Shown: piece by piece, positions 20,491 to 29,669 of the stretch
Layout: every line of letters begins with the position of its first letter
How positions within the stretch are numbered: the stretch's first letter is position 1
Origin: Exilispira sp.
GTDB lineage: Bacteria; Spirochaetota; JAAYUW01
Assembly (NCBI GenBank): GCA_012517545.1
Contig: JAAYUW010000153.1
Coordinates: 1-55,405 of the forward strand
DNA length: 55,405 nt
Reading direction: 5' to 3'
Translations under genes and position numbers: made by a program
The notes under the pieces: generated by a model
The model's database searches: none
Told to the model about the DNA's origin: nothing
Seen by the model: the letters and a program-made list of their open reading frames with translations, nothing else

Positions 20491-21951
20491 TTATTTCTTA
20501 ATCCACCAGAATGCATTATCTGCAGTAACTATTTCATAGTTTAATTTTTGAAGATTGTCCTGCATATAAGTATCATCTTTCATCTTATTTGAATGAAGTC
20601 GCAAACCAAGTACTGCAGGTTTACCAATAATATATTTTTTTATCCAGGATTGAATATCTTCGATTTTAACTTTTTTGCAGTTATCTTCATAGCCAAAGAA
20701 ATAGTCTGTTGTAGCGGTAGACCACCAAAAACTTATGGTGTCTATAAAGTTTGAAGGAGTTTCCATGGTCCAGATATTATTATCTGAAAGTTTCTGTTTA
20801 GCAAGTTCAAGTTCTTCTTTAGTAAAGTAGTTTGGATCAGTTGCAACTTTGGTAAACTCGTCGATGACAACCTGTCGAAGTTTTTCAACTTCAACAAGTA
20901 TATTGTCAACGCCACAGTTAATATAAGCTATAAAGGAGATAACTCCACCATCTCTTTGAGTAGGATAAGAAATATCCATAAGATCTTTATCTAAAAGTAT
21001 AGGTGCTGCATCATAGATATTCTTGCGAAATTTGCTATTTGAACTTGAAACCAGGAAAAGGAAGGTATCGACAGCATATGTTGATGCTGTATCAGCAAGA
21101 ACATCTGGTCCCCTAAAAGCGAGTTCGATCCAGCCATAGTCTTTATAGAATGTTGAATCTGGATATACAAAGTTAACATTGTCCTTTAGAGCAGGATGTG
21201 GGTCAAGAGGCTTCTTCCAGGGATCTTCCCCTTTCTTCCAATCTCCATAATATTTTTTTACAAGTTCAGAAACTTGCTTCGGATTAACATCACCACCAAC
21301 GAATAGACAGGTATTATTAGGGATATAAAATCTGTTGTGGATATTCCATAGTTGCTCTGAAGTAGCATTTTTTATAATATCAATAGAACCAGAGACATCT
21401 CTTCGCCATGGATACTTGTAGAACATTCTGCTGTCTAAAGCAGCATTAAAAATCCATGAAGGAGTCGTTAAATAGCCTTGAACTTCGTTTGCAACGACTT
21501 CTCTTTCATTTTTAATCTCTTCTTCATTGAAAAGAGGAGCTTTGACAGCATAAGCCCAGAATTCAAGACCTTGTTCAAGATTGTAAGATGGAATAGTAAA
21601 ATAATAATCGACATATTCACTAGAAGTTCCACCATTCCATGATGATGCTCCAAGCTTGTTCATGGCAGCTGTGAACTCATTTTGAGTCTTAAATTTGCTG
21701 TTTCCCTTGAAAAGCATGTGTTCATGCAGGTGGAATAAGCCACAGTTAGTAGCATCTTGACCAATAGCTCCAGCTCGGAAAGCAATCTGTATTGTAACAA
21801 GAGGGACGCTATGGTTTTCGACGACGAAAAGCTCTAATCCATTGTCTAGCACAAAATGTGATAGACCAGGGATTGAGGATGCACTAAGAAATAGAAAAAG
21901 TAAAATTGAAAGACAAACGAGAACAGAAATAATGCGTTTTCTTGATAGCAT
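20491..21951 (-). CDS. M16-family zinc peptidase (catalytic subunit)
   Basis: Inverted zinc motif 'HLHEHMLFKG' (HxxEH) and an N-terminal signal sequence. AGGAGG Shine-Dalgarno upstream. Confidence 0.85.
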   Translation of the reverse strand: MLSRKRIISVLVCLSILLFLFLSASSIPGLSHFVLDNGLELFVVENHSVPLVTIQIAFRAGAIGQDATNCGLFHLHEHMLFKGNSKFKTQNEFTAAMNKLGASSWNGGTSSEYVDYYFTIPSYNLEQGLEFWAYAVKAPLFNEEEIKNEREVVANEVQGYLTTPSWIFNAALDSRMFYKYPWRRDVSGSIDIIKNATSEQLWNIHNRFYIPNNTCLFVGGDVNPKQVSELVKKYYGDWKKGEDPWKKPLDPHPALKDNVNFVYPDSTFYKDYGWIELAFRGPDVLADTASTYAVDTFLFLVSSSNSKFRKNIYDAAPILLDKDLMDISYPTQRDGGVISFIAYINCGVDNILVEVEKLRQVVIDEFTKVATDPNYFTKEELELAKQKLSDNNIWTMETPSNFIDTISFWWSTATTDYFFGYEDNCKKVKIEDIQSWIKKYIIGKPAVLGLRLHSNKMKDDTYMQDNLQKLNYEIVTADNAFWWIKK

Positions 21952-21959
21952 GTTTCCTC

Positions 21960-22625
21960 CTAAATAGTATTAAGGATAGTATCGAGTGAATAAAGACTCG
22001 GTATAATAAAATCGGAATCGATAATCTCCTCTTGATTACCATGTCCGACTATACCACAAAAATAAGTGTTATTGGCTTTAGCCGCATCAAGATCAACCTT
22101 ACGATCGCCAACCATGAGTAACTCAGAATTCTTAAGATTGTAAGTTTTTAGATAATATGAAAGAATATCTTGTTTAGAATTAAAATATGTAAAGTCTACA
22201 AATTTCATTTCCTTGAAATATTTATCGAGATTGTAGGTTTGTAATACAGCTTCTGCATAAGCCTGAGAACCATTTGAAGCTGTTCCTAAAAAATAACCCT
22301 GTATATATAGTGAACTTATAACCTCTTCAGTTCCAGGTAGAAGAGTTCCTTTTTTTTCTCTTATTTTTGTATCAAGGATATCCAGCAAAATAGATCTAAA
22401 ATGTTCATGGTAGTTTGCAGGAAGATAAGGGAATAGATATGATATGATCTCTTTATATGTTTTTCCAATAACAAAAATGATCTCATCACGTGAAGGTTTT
22501 TTTAGTGAAAGAGAAGCATATTTATTGCAAAATAGATCAATTGCTTCTGAATAAGCTTCTTCTATAAAAAAGGAGGAATCAAAAATAACACCATCGATAT
22601 CAAAAGCGATAAATTTAATCTTCAT
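21960..22625 (-). CDS. HAD-superfamily hydrolase (phosphatase-like)
   Basis: Motif I 'FDIDGVIFDS' and motif IV 'VGDRKVD'. 221 aa. Confidence 0.8.
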   Translation of the reverse strand: MKIKFIAFDIDGVIFDSSFFIEEAYSEAIDLFCNKYASLSLKKPSRDEIIFVIGKTYKEIISYLFPYLPANYHEHFRSILLDILDTKIREKKGTLLPGTEEVISSLYIQGYFLGTASNGSQAYAEAVLQTYNLDKYFKEMKFVDFTYFNSKQDILSYYLKTYNLKNSELLMVGDRKVDLDAAKANNTYFCGIVGHGNQEEIIDSDFIIPSLYSLDTILNTI

Positions 22626-23519
22626 ATATCCTTCAATACTTTTTTTTAAATGTTTACAATAAAATTAATATTAAGAGTTTTCATAAATTCAGGCTATTAT
22701 AACACAAAAAAAATGCTGTTCCAGGATTATGGTTTCAATTAAGATAGATTTATGCTTCATTTATTAGTTTGAACTGGAATAGTTTTAAGTCCAAAGTCCT
22801 GGAAAACCGTTTTGTATATATAGCAATAAATCAATAAGCAAAAACTTTTTTTTAGCTGGATTTATCAAGCTTTTTAAAAGGTTTGAATAATTGGAAGCTT
22901 TATAAAATAAAAAGGTAATTTGAATTCCAGCTTTTTCTAAATAAATTAACAGCTAAAAGCAATATTCGAAAATAGATTTAATATAAAATAATAAAAGAAA
23001 CAATTTTTTTTTCTTTAATAATAACTCATTTAAAATTTTGTCAAATTATTGTTAAGAATTATAATAATTTTTTCATTTTTTATATTCTTCAAACTATTCC
23101 ATTTTTAAGCGTTTTTATAAAACATAATAAAATCTTACACTTTTTGTTTCTTAACATAACTCATATAATTAAGAAATGCAAAAAGAAAAATTGGGGAAAA
23201 GTAAAAATAAAAATTCTAGAAAATAATTGAGCAAAGTCCTTTTAAATAAAAAAGATCCAAATATAAAAAGAGAGTAAAAAATAACCTCAACAATTTTAGA
23301 AGTACAAAAAATAGCAAATTATATTTTCAGGTTTTTTAGGTGATTTAAAAATTTGATTAAATTGTCAATTTGTGTAAAATTGAATTTGAAAAATTATGCA
23401 TAATTTTCCAGAATTTCTATATGGCAAAGCAATTTTTATATCAAGTTCTTATTTTTTATATATGATCTTAAAATGTAATATTTGTTAAAGAGTTAAATCC
23501 AAATAAAAGCGAGGTTACT

Positions 23520-24632
23520 ATGAAAAGTGATGTTTTCTATTTTTCTTTCAAGAAAAATAAAAAATCAGTTCTTCAATATATTGATGCTTTATATGATAAT
23601 TCAAAATTAAAGGTGAATAAAAAGAATGCTCTTATCGCTGTAAAACTTCACATGGGAGAGATTGGAAACACTTCATTCATTAAACCCTTATTTGTTAAAA
23701 AAATTATTGAAAATCTCAAGAAGGATGGGCTAAAACCTTTCTTAACTGATACTACCACTTTATATATAGGACAAAGATCAAATGCGGTTGATTATCTTAA
23801 TGCAGCTGTCTATAATGGTTTTGGATATGAATCTATAGGCTGCCCCATAATTATATCTGATGGATTAAGGTCTCAAAATGGGAAAACAGTCGAAACTAAG
23901 TTTTCATCTAATTTTCAAATTATTAAATATGCATCAGATATAGCTCACAGTGATGGGGTGGTAGTTTTATCACATGTCAAAGGTCATGTTGTCGCTGGTT
24001 ATGGTGGTGCATTGAAAAATATTGCCATGGGTATGGCGACTAGATCGACCAAACAGCAAATGCACGGCGATGTTAAACCTCAGATAAAAACTGAAAAATG
24101 TAGTGGATGTGGTACATGTGTTGCCTATTGTCCGGGGAAAGCAATTACGATAAAAGATGGTAAAGCAGTATTCAACCTTAATCATTGTATTGGATGTGCA
24201 GATTGTATAACTGTTTGTACAACAGGATGCTTAAAGGTCTTGAAAAATGAGTCTTCAGAAAAATTTTTAGAAAAAATGGGTGATGTTATTTACGCAATCG
24301 TAAATGATTTCAAAAAACCAATGACTTTTTTTAATTTTGTGATGGATGTGACACCAGATTGTGATTGTCTGGATTATTCAAGGTACCCTATTGTTCCGGA
24401 TATAGGAATACTTGCAAGTTATGATCCTGTTGCAATCGATAAGGCTTCTATTGATTTGATTAAAAGTGAGCCTTATTACTTTAATCAGGATCAGAATGAC
24501 TTTGAATTAGCAGTAGATCAAGATAAATTTTGTAAGAAAAATGGCAATGTAAATTATGATAGGTTATTAAAGTATTGCGAGAATTTAGGTGTGGGATCAA
24601 CTGAATATAATTTGGTAGAATTAACATACTAG
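23520..24632 (+). CDS. DUF362 domain protein with an inserted 2x[4Fe-4S] ferredoxin domain
   Basis: 'AVKLHMGE' is a DUF362-type N-terminus. Two ferredoxin cysteine clusters are present: 'CSGCGTCVAYCP' and 'CIGCADCITVC'. Confidence 0.8.
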   Translation: MKSDVFYFSFKKNKKSVLQYIDALYDNSKLKVNKKNALIAVKLHMGEIGNTSFIKPLFVKKIIENLKKDGLKPFLTDTTTLYIGQRSNAVDYLNAAVYNGFGYESIGCPIIISDGLRSQNGKTVETKFSSNFQIIKYASDIAHSDGVVVLSHVKGHVVAGYGGALKNIAMGMATRSTKQQMHGDVKPQIKTEKCSGCGTCVAYCPGKAITIKDGKAVFNLNHCIGCADCITVCTTGCLKVLKNESSEKFLEKMGDVIYAIVNDFKKPMTFFNFVMDVTPDCDCLDYSRYPIVPDIGILASYDPVAIDKASIDLIKSEPYYFNQDQNDFELAVDQDKFCKKNGNVNYDRLLKYCENLGVGSTEYNLVELTY

Positions 24633-24647
24633 AAATTGAGGTAAAGA

Positions 24648-24929
24648 TTAAAGACTGCTGATTTCTGCTTTGATGATCAATTCTTTATGCTGGTACAGTT
24701 CAGTTAATTCTTCTGGCGTGAAAAAACTAAAATATGTACAGGGGAATTTAGAACAAATCGGGCAAAAAGAAACACCGCTTTTCTCAGCACAAAATTTGAT
24801 ATTGCAAGTTATCGAAACGGAAGAAATAGCTTTACAGCCAGTACATGAATCTTCTTTTTTGTCATTATATTTTGGACAAGAATGACAATCTTTACCACAA
24901 AAACCATATCTTTCTATCTGATCGGTCAT
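24648..24929 (-). CDS. Cys-rich DUF3795-like protein
   Basis: 93 aa with repeated cysteine motifs ('CGKDCHSCP', 'CTGC', 'CPICSKFPC'). Convergent with the DUF362 gene, with a 15-nt gap between stops. Confidence 0.6.
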   Translation of the reverse strand: MTDQIERYGFCGKDCHSCPKYNDKKEDSCTGCKAISSVSITCNIKFCAEKSGVSFCPICSKFPCTYFSFFTPEELTELYQHKELIIKAEISSL

Positions 24930-25091
24930 GATTTATCTTTAAGACAATTCGCCAGAAAATCAAATGGAATCTAGCAAAAGTATGCTAATAGATGTGAAAA
25001 AGAGCAAGAAACTGTTTTTACCAGGTCTTGTCAGGTAGATTGATAGTCTACGATTTGAGTGAAAATAAGAAGATTTAAAGGAATTCTATCC

Positions 25092-26309
25092 ATGCCCTTT
25101 AATCATATAACAGATGTGCAGGTATTTATTAAAAAAATTTCCATAATTTTAAAACCCTACAATTGTTTTTTGGCTGGTGATTCAGCACTATATCTTCTCA
25201 ATAGAAAAATTCCTCAGTATTTTCAGTTTATAACAGATGCTGAAATTCATGAACTATATAAGAGATTTGACAAAATATATCATGTAAATTTAACCCCCTT
25301 TTCTTTTGCTTGCTTTTTTGAAGATCAATTGTTGTTTTTCCTTAAAGTGAACAAAGAGAGAGGTTTTGATCTGTTGGAATCATTTAATAAATATTATCTA
25401 TATAATAAATCTGTTTTCCTTTTACCAATACTTTATGATCCTTTAAAAAGAACTTTTAAGAATATCAATCTCTTTCATTATGATATTTTTAAAGAAAATA
25501 AAGCAATATGCATAAAGCAAAGTAATCTATCTTATTATTCAAGATATGCATATTTTCTATCTGAAAAAAATAAATCAGAAAGCGGAGAAAATTTATTATG
25601 CACAAACAATCAATATGAAAAGCAAGAAAAAATAGAAATTGATGAAATTTTAGAACATAGTTTTCTTGCCAGCTGGTTAAATGCATGCTTGGACGATAGA
25701 CAGATTATACCTTTTCCAAATATTTCAGAACTTTTCTTTACTTTTACATCTTATGAATCAAAAAAATTGATAGATATAATGTCCGAGGAAGGGATTCTTA
25801 TAAAATTTTTTCCTATGCTAAAAATTTGCAAGCAACATAATCAAACTAAAGAGTATCATCCAGAAGGAACACTTTATGATCATCTCATATTTACATTAAA
25901 AGCTCTGGAAACAAAAGATTTTTCGGTAATGATGGCAGCTCTTTTGCATGATGTGGGTAAAGTTCAAGCTTATCAGGCAAAAAGCAGGGAAAACAAACCA
26001 AAATACCCAAATCACGCAAACCTTTCCTTGCAGATCATAAGAAAAACTTTGAAGGCGATTTCAGAAGAACTCCCATTTTTTAATGATTTTTATGGAAAAA
26101 CAACCTTTTTAATAGAAAATCATATGTATATTGCCTTTTTACCGGTGATTGATGAAAGTAAGAAAAATGATATTTTAAAATCCCCTTACTTAAATGATTT
26201 ATTGAAACTTTTAAAAGCTGATATCAAAGCTTCTACTGATGATTTATCAAATTATCAAAAAATTGCATCTTATGTTCAAAGAAATATCTCTTTGCCTTTA
26301 CGGAATTGA
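25092..26309 (+). CDS. CCA-adding-enzyme/poly(A)-polymerase-like protein with degenerate nucleotidyltransferase head and intact HD domain
   Basis: 'FLAGDSALYLLNRKIPQYFQFIT' aligns to the class II 'GGxVRDxLLGRxPxDxDxxT' motif but lacks both catalytic Asp residues. The C-terminal 'HPEGTLYDH...LLHDVGK' is a normal HD domain. The track start is a GTG at 25059. The ATG at 25092 has AAAGGA upstream. Confidence 0.7.
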   Translation: MPFNHITDVQVFIKKISIILKPYNCFLAGDSALYLLNRKIPQYFQFITDAEIHELYKRFDKIYHVNLTPFSFACFFEDQLLFFLKVNKERGFDLLESFNKYYLYNKSVFLLPILYDPLKRTFKNINLFHYDIFKENKAICIKQSNLSYYSRYAYFLSEKNKSESGENLLCTNNQYEKQEKIEIDEILEHSFLASWLNACLDDRQIIPFPNISELFFTFTSYESKKLIDIMSEEGILIKFFPMLKICKQHNQTKEYHPEGTLYDHLIFTLKALETKDFSVMMAALLHDVGKVQAYQAKSRENKPKYPNHANLSLQIIRKTLKAISEELPFFNDFYGKTTFLIENHMYIAFLPVIDESKKNDILKSPYLNDLLKLLKADIKASTDDLSNYQKIASYVQRNISLPLRN

Positions 26310-26426
26310 TACATCCGACAAGGTGTTATTTATTTTCTATTAAGTTAATATGCTCTAGGTATAAAAAACCGTAATAAAACATAGATTCAAAAAATAAAGA
26401 AAATATTTAAAAACTACTACTTTTTC

Positions 26427-26454
26427 TTGACAATAGATTGATGCAAATTAACAT
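26427..26454 (+). promoter_or_regulatory. Possible sigma70-type promoter of glyA
   Basis: Perfect -35 TTGACA (26427-26432), a 16-nt spacer and -10 TAACAT (26449-26454), about 20 nt upstream of the glyA ATG. Promoter-like hexamers are common by chance in AT-rich DNA. Confidence 0.3.
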
Positions 26455-26473
26455 TGCAAAAAAGGGGCAAAAA

Positions 26474-27733
26474 ATGAGTTTTTTAGGTAAAAGCTTAAAA
26501 GAAGTAGATCCAGAAATATTTGAAGTTATCAATAAAGAATTAAATCGACAGGAAGAGAAGTTAGAATTGATTGCCTCGGAAAATGCTGTTTCTAAAGCTG
26601 TTCTTGAAGCCCAAGGTTCAGTTCTTACTAACAAATATGCCGAAGGTTATCCTGGTAGAAGATACTATGGTGGTTGCGAGTTCATAGATGAAGCTGAAAT
26701 ACTTGCTAGAGATAGAGCAAAACTGCTATTCAATGTTAAGTTTGCTAATGTTCAACCACATTCCGGGAGTCAGGCGAACATGGGAGTATATTTTTCGGTG
26801 CTAAAACCTGGTGATACCATTATGGGGCTTGATCTTTCGCATGGAGGTCATTTAACTCATGGTTCACCAGTCAATTTTTCAGGCATATTCTTTAATGTTG
26901 CTCATTATGGAGTTGATAGAGAAACAGAACAGATTAACTATGATACTCTTGAGGAACAGGTAAAAGAGGTTAAACCAAAAATGCTTGTCGCTGGGGCATC
27001 TGCTTATCCTCGAATTTTGAATTTCAAAAGATTAAGGGCAATTGCTGATTCTGTTAATGCTTATTTACTTGTAGATATGGCTCATATAGCAGGTCTTGTA
27101 GCTGCCGGGCTACATCCATCACCCTGTGAATATGCACATTTTGTTACTACCACAACTCATAAAACTCTTAGAGGTCCTAGAGGTGGGATGATCCTTACAA
27201 ATGATCCCGAATTGAGCAAGCTTGTTAATAAAACTATTTTTCCCGGGATTCAAGGAGGTCCTCTTATGCATGTCATTGCTGCAAAAGCAGTGGCTTTTAA
27301 GGAAGCTTTGAGTGAAGATTTTAAGGAATATCAGAAAAAAATCCTCATCAATGCGCAGGCATTAGCTGAGAATTTGAAGAATGAAGGTTTCAGGCTGGTT
27401 TCTGGTGGTACTGATAATCATTTAATGCTTGTTGACGTAACTACAAAAGGAGTTACAGGGAAAGAAGCTGAAACATTACTTGATTCTTCAAATATAACAT
27501 GCAACAAAAATACAATACCTTTTGATCAGAATTCGCCAGCAGTTGCCTCTGGCATACGCTTAGGCACACCTCAATTGACCACTAGAGGAATGGGTCCAGA
27601 TCAGATGAAAATCATTGCTCATCTTATAAATACAGTACTTGTGGAAAAATCAGAAGCATCTTCACAGAAGGTAAAGGAAGAAGTCAAAAAACTATGCTTG
27701 CAGTTTCCACTTTATAAAGGAATATTGTTTTAA
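26474..27733 (+). CDS. glyA: Serine hydroxymethyltransferase
   Basis: PLP-lysine motif '[14 protein letters not shown]' and '[15 protein letters not shown]'. The start is placed at '[14 protein letters not shown]', preceded by AAGGGG. The track start at 26438 is 12 codons longer. Confidence 0.95.
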   Translation: MSFLGKSLKEVDPEIFEVINKELNRQEEKLELIASENAVSKAVLEAQGSVLTNKYAEGYPGRRYYGGCEFIDEAEILARDRAKLLFNVKFANVQPHSGSQANMGVYFSVLKPGDTIMGLDLSHGGHLTHGSPVNFSGIFFNVAHYGVDRETEQINYDTLEEQVKEVKPKMLVAGASAYPRILNFKRLRAIADSVNAYLLVDMAHIAGLVAAGLHPSPCEYAHFVTTTTHKTLRGPRGGMILTNDPELSKLVNKTIFPGIQGGPLMHVIAAKAVAFKEALSEDFKEYQKKILINAQALAENLKNEGFRLVSGGTDNHLMLVDVTTKGVTGKEAETLLDSSNITCNKNTIPFDQNSPAVASGIRLGTPQLTTRGMGPDQMKIIAHLINTVLVEKSEASSQKVKEEVKKLCLQFPLYKGILF

Positions 27734-27805
27734 ATATTATCTTTTATTTGATGTAAATCATACATTAATAATATTGGCATAAAATCTTAATTTATTAATC
27801 TACCT

Positions 27806-27889
27806 CAGGATTATCATCATAAGAATGTCAAAGGTATATAAGAGTAAAATAAATATTTTATAATTCCAGGATTGTCAGAGGTTTAAGAG
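27806..27889 (+). repeat. Two imperfect direct-repeat modules in the gcvT leader
   Basis: Module 1 is CAGGATTaTCA...GTCAaAGGTaTaTAAGAG (27806-27844). Module 2 is CAGGATTgTCAgAGGTtTAAGAG (27867-27889). Their starts are 61 nt apart. Confidence 0.35.
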
Positions 27890-28011
27890 CTGATAGATAG
27901 ATAACTTCTTCTATCCTATTTATTTAAATAGTACCTATACCTTGTTGATGCGATTTGTTTATAAATCAATATAAATTCATCTTTTATTAATTTTATGGAG
28001 GTAAAATACTT

Positions 28012-29118
28012 ATGGAAAATCTAAAAAGGACACCACTTTATCAATGTTATTCTAAATATCCAGGTGCTAAGTTTATAGATTTTGGTGGTTGGGAACTTCC
28101 TGTTAATTTTGAAGCAGGAATCATTGGTGAGCATATGGCTGTTAGAAAAGTTGCGGGTATGTTTGATGTTTCTCATATGGGTGAGATAATAGTTGAAGGA
28201 CCAGATGCAGAAAGCTATCTTGATTACCTTGTAACAAATGATGTCAAAGGTATGGAAGACTATCAGGTTATATATACTTTAATGTGCTATCCAGAGGGGA
28301 CTGTTGTAGATGATCTGCTTATTTATAAATACAACAATAAGAAGTATATGCTTGTAGTTAATGCCTCTAATGTTGAAAAGGATTATAACTGGATACTAAA
28401 AAACAAAAAAGGTCAGGTTTCTATTGAAAATATCTCTGATAGAATTGCCCAAATAGCTTTTCAAGGGCCAAAGGCGGAGGAAATTTTACAGAAATATGTC
28501 AACTTTGACCTTTCAAGCATAAAATTTTTTCATTTCAAGGATCCAGTTCAAATAAATGGAATAGACTGCATAGTGTCTCGTACTGGATATACTGGTGAAG
28601 ATGGCTTTGAAATATATTTGACAGCTGAACAAAGTCCAAGGGTATGGGATTATATTTATGAAAAAACAAAAAATGATGGTGTATTACCTTGTGGACTTGG
28701 TTGCCGTGATACTTTAAGATTTGAAGCAAAATTACCTCTTTATGGTCATGAAATAAGTGATAAAATAACCCCAATCGAAGCAGGATTAAAGTACTTTGTT
28801 AAACTTGACAAGCAAAATTTTATAGGGAAGGATGTGCTTGTTAATCAAGTTCAACAAGGAGTAAAAAGATCTCTAAAAGGTCTTGAAATGATAGATAAAG
28901 GTATTCCCAGAAGTGAATATAAGGTATACAAAGATGATAAAGAGATAGGCTTTATCACTACTGGATCTTATTCTCCAATGCTGGATAAAAATGTCGCTCT
29001 TGCGATGATTGATTCAAACCTTAAGGTTGGTGATGAAGTTTATGTTGAGATACATGGGAAAATGAAAAAAGCAATTATAGTGAAAACTCCGTTTTACAAA
29101 AATACAAAAAAAGAATAA
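28012..29118 (+). CDS. gcvT: Glycine cleavage system T protein (aminomethyltransferase)
   Basis: 'GMFDVSHMGE' and 'SRTGYTGEDGFEI'. 368 aa. GGAGG Shine-Dalgarno upstream. Confidence 0.95.
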   Translation: MENLKRTPLYQCYSKYPGAKFIDFGGWELPVNFEAGIIGEHMAVRKVAGMFDVSHMGEIIVEGPDAESYLDYLVTNDVKGMEDYQVIYTLMCYPEGTVVDDLLIYKYNNKKYMLVVNASNVEKDYNWILKNKKGQVSIENISDRIAQIAFQGPKAEEILQKYVNFDLSSIKFFHFKDPVQINGIDCIVSRTGYTGEDGFEIYLTAEQSPRVWDYIYEKTKNDGVLPCGLGCRDTLRFEAKLPLYGHEISDKITPIEAGLKYFVKLDKQNFIGKDVLVNQVQQGVKRSLKGLEMIDKGIPRSEYKVYKDDKEIGFITTGSYSPMLDKNVALAMIDSNLKVGDEVYVEIHGKMKKAIIVKTPFYKNTKKE

Positions 29119-29271
29119 AAAAAAGATAAAAATTTCTTTACAAATCCATGAGATGGTTTTTTTTAATTAAAACTAATTTGGTTTATTAAATTAAATATTA
29201 TGACAATGATAAAGTAAATTAAATTTATTTTGAAAATTTTTTTAAAAATAATTTATGATTATGGAGGAAAC

Positions 29272-29661
29272 ATGGAAATTTTGAAAGGTCTCAAATATTC
29301 TAAAACTCATGAATGGGTCAAAGTTGATGAAGGTGTAGCATATGTTGGAATTTCAGATTTTGCACAAGAATCTTTAGGTGATATTGTTTATGTTGAACTT
29401 CCAACTGTTGATAGTGAGGTTTCTAAAGGAGATGAGGTTGCCAATATTGAATCTGTAAAAGCTGCATCACCTATCTTTTCTCCACTTTCTGGTACTATTG
29501 TTAAAGTAAATGAAGAACTGGAAGAAGAAGCTGAGTTAATAAATCATACTCCTTACGATGCTTACATTTTTGCTATTGAAATGTCCAACCCATCCGAGTT
29601 AGATGAAATGATGGATGCTGATGCGTATGAAGAATATTGTGAAACAGAGGCTTCTCACTAG
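29272..29661 (+). CDS. gcvH: Glycine cleavage system H protein (lipoyl carrier)
   Basis: 'YSKTHEWV' and the lipoyl-lysine motif 'IESVKAAS'. The ATG at 29272 is preceded by GGAGG. The track's TTG start at 29230 is unlikely. Confidence 0.93.
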   Translation: MEILKGLKYSKTHEWVKVDEGVAYVGISDFAQESLGDIVYVELPTVDSEVSKGDEVANIESVKAASPIFSPLSGTIVKVNEELEEEAELINHTPYDAYIFAIEMSNPSELDEMMDADAYEEYCETEASH

Positions 29662-29669
29662 GAGGTAAT

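Noticed and set aside
22780-23245. Two 'AAAGTCC' strings (around 22793 and 23235) recall the RNase P RNA 'GGAAAGUCCGG' core.
   Set aside because: The surrounding sequence is extremely AT-rich and lacks the P4 partner strand and other conserved RNase P elements. A 7-mer is expected by chance.
25012-25050. 'CTGTTTTTACCAGGTCTTGTCAGGTAG' resembles the 'CUGUUUACCAGGUCAGGUCC' segment of SRP (4.5S) RNA.
   Set aside because: The essential domain IV continuation (GGAAGGAAGCAGCC with its symmetric and asymmetric loops) is absent. No extended GC-rich helix can be drawn. This is a chance match of about 10 nt.
27734-28011. A canonical tandem glycine riboswitch was expected upstream of gcvT.
   Set aside because: The conserved cores (GGAGAG, ACCGAAGGGGCAA, CUCUGGAGAG) are absent, and the leader is too AT-rich to form the known aptamer helices. 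Only 'CTCAGGA' resembles a fragment of the consensus. The local repeats are reported separately as an open question.
29119-29271. A possible attenuator or terminator hairpin 'AAATCCAT-GAG-ATGGTTTTTTTT' between gcvT and gcvH.
   Set aside because: The core stem has only 4 G/C-containing pairs. Extending it uses up the T-run itself. It is too weak to call, and the spacer is noted under the gcv finding instead.
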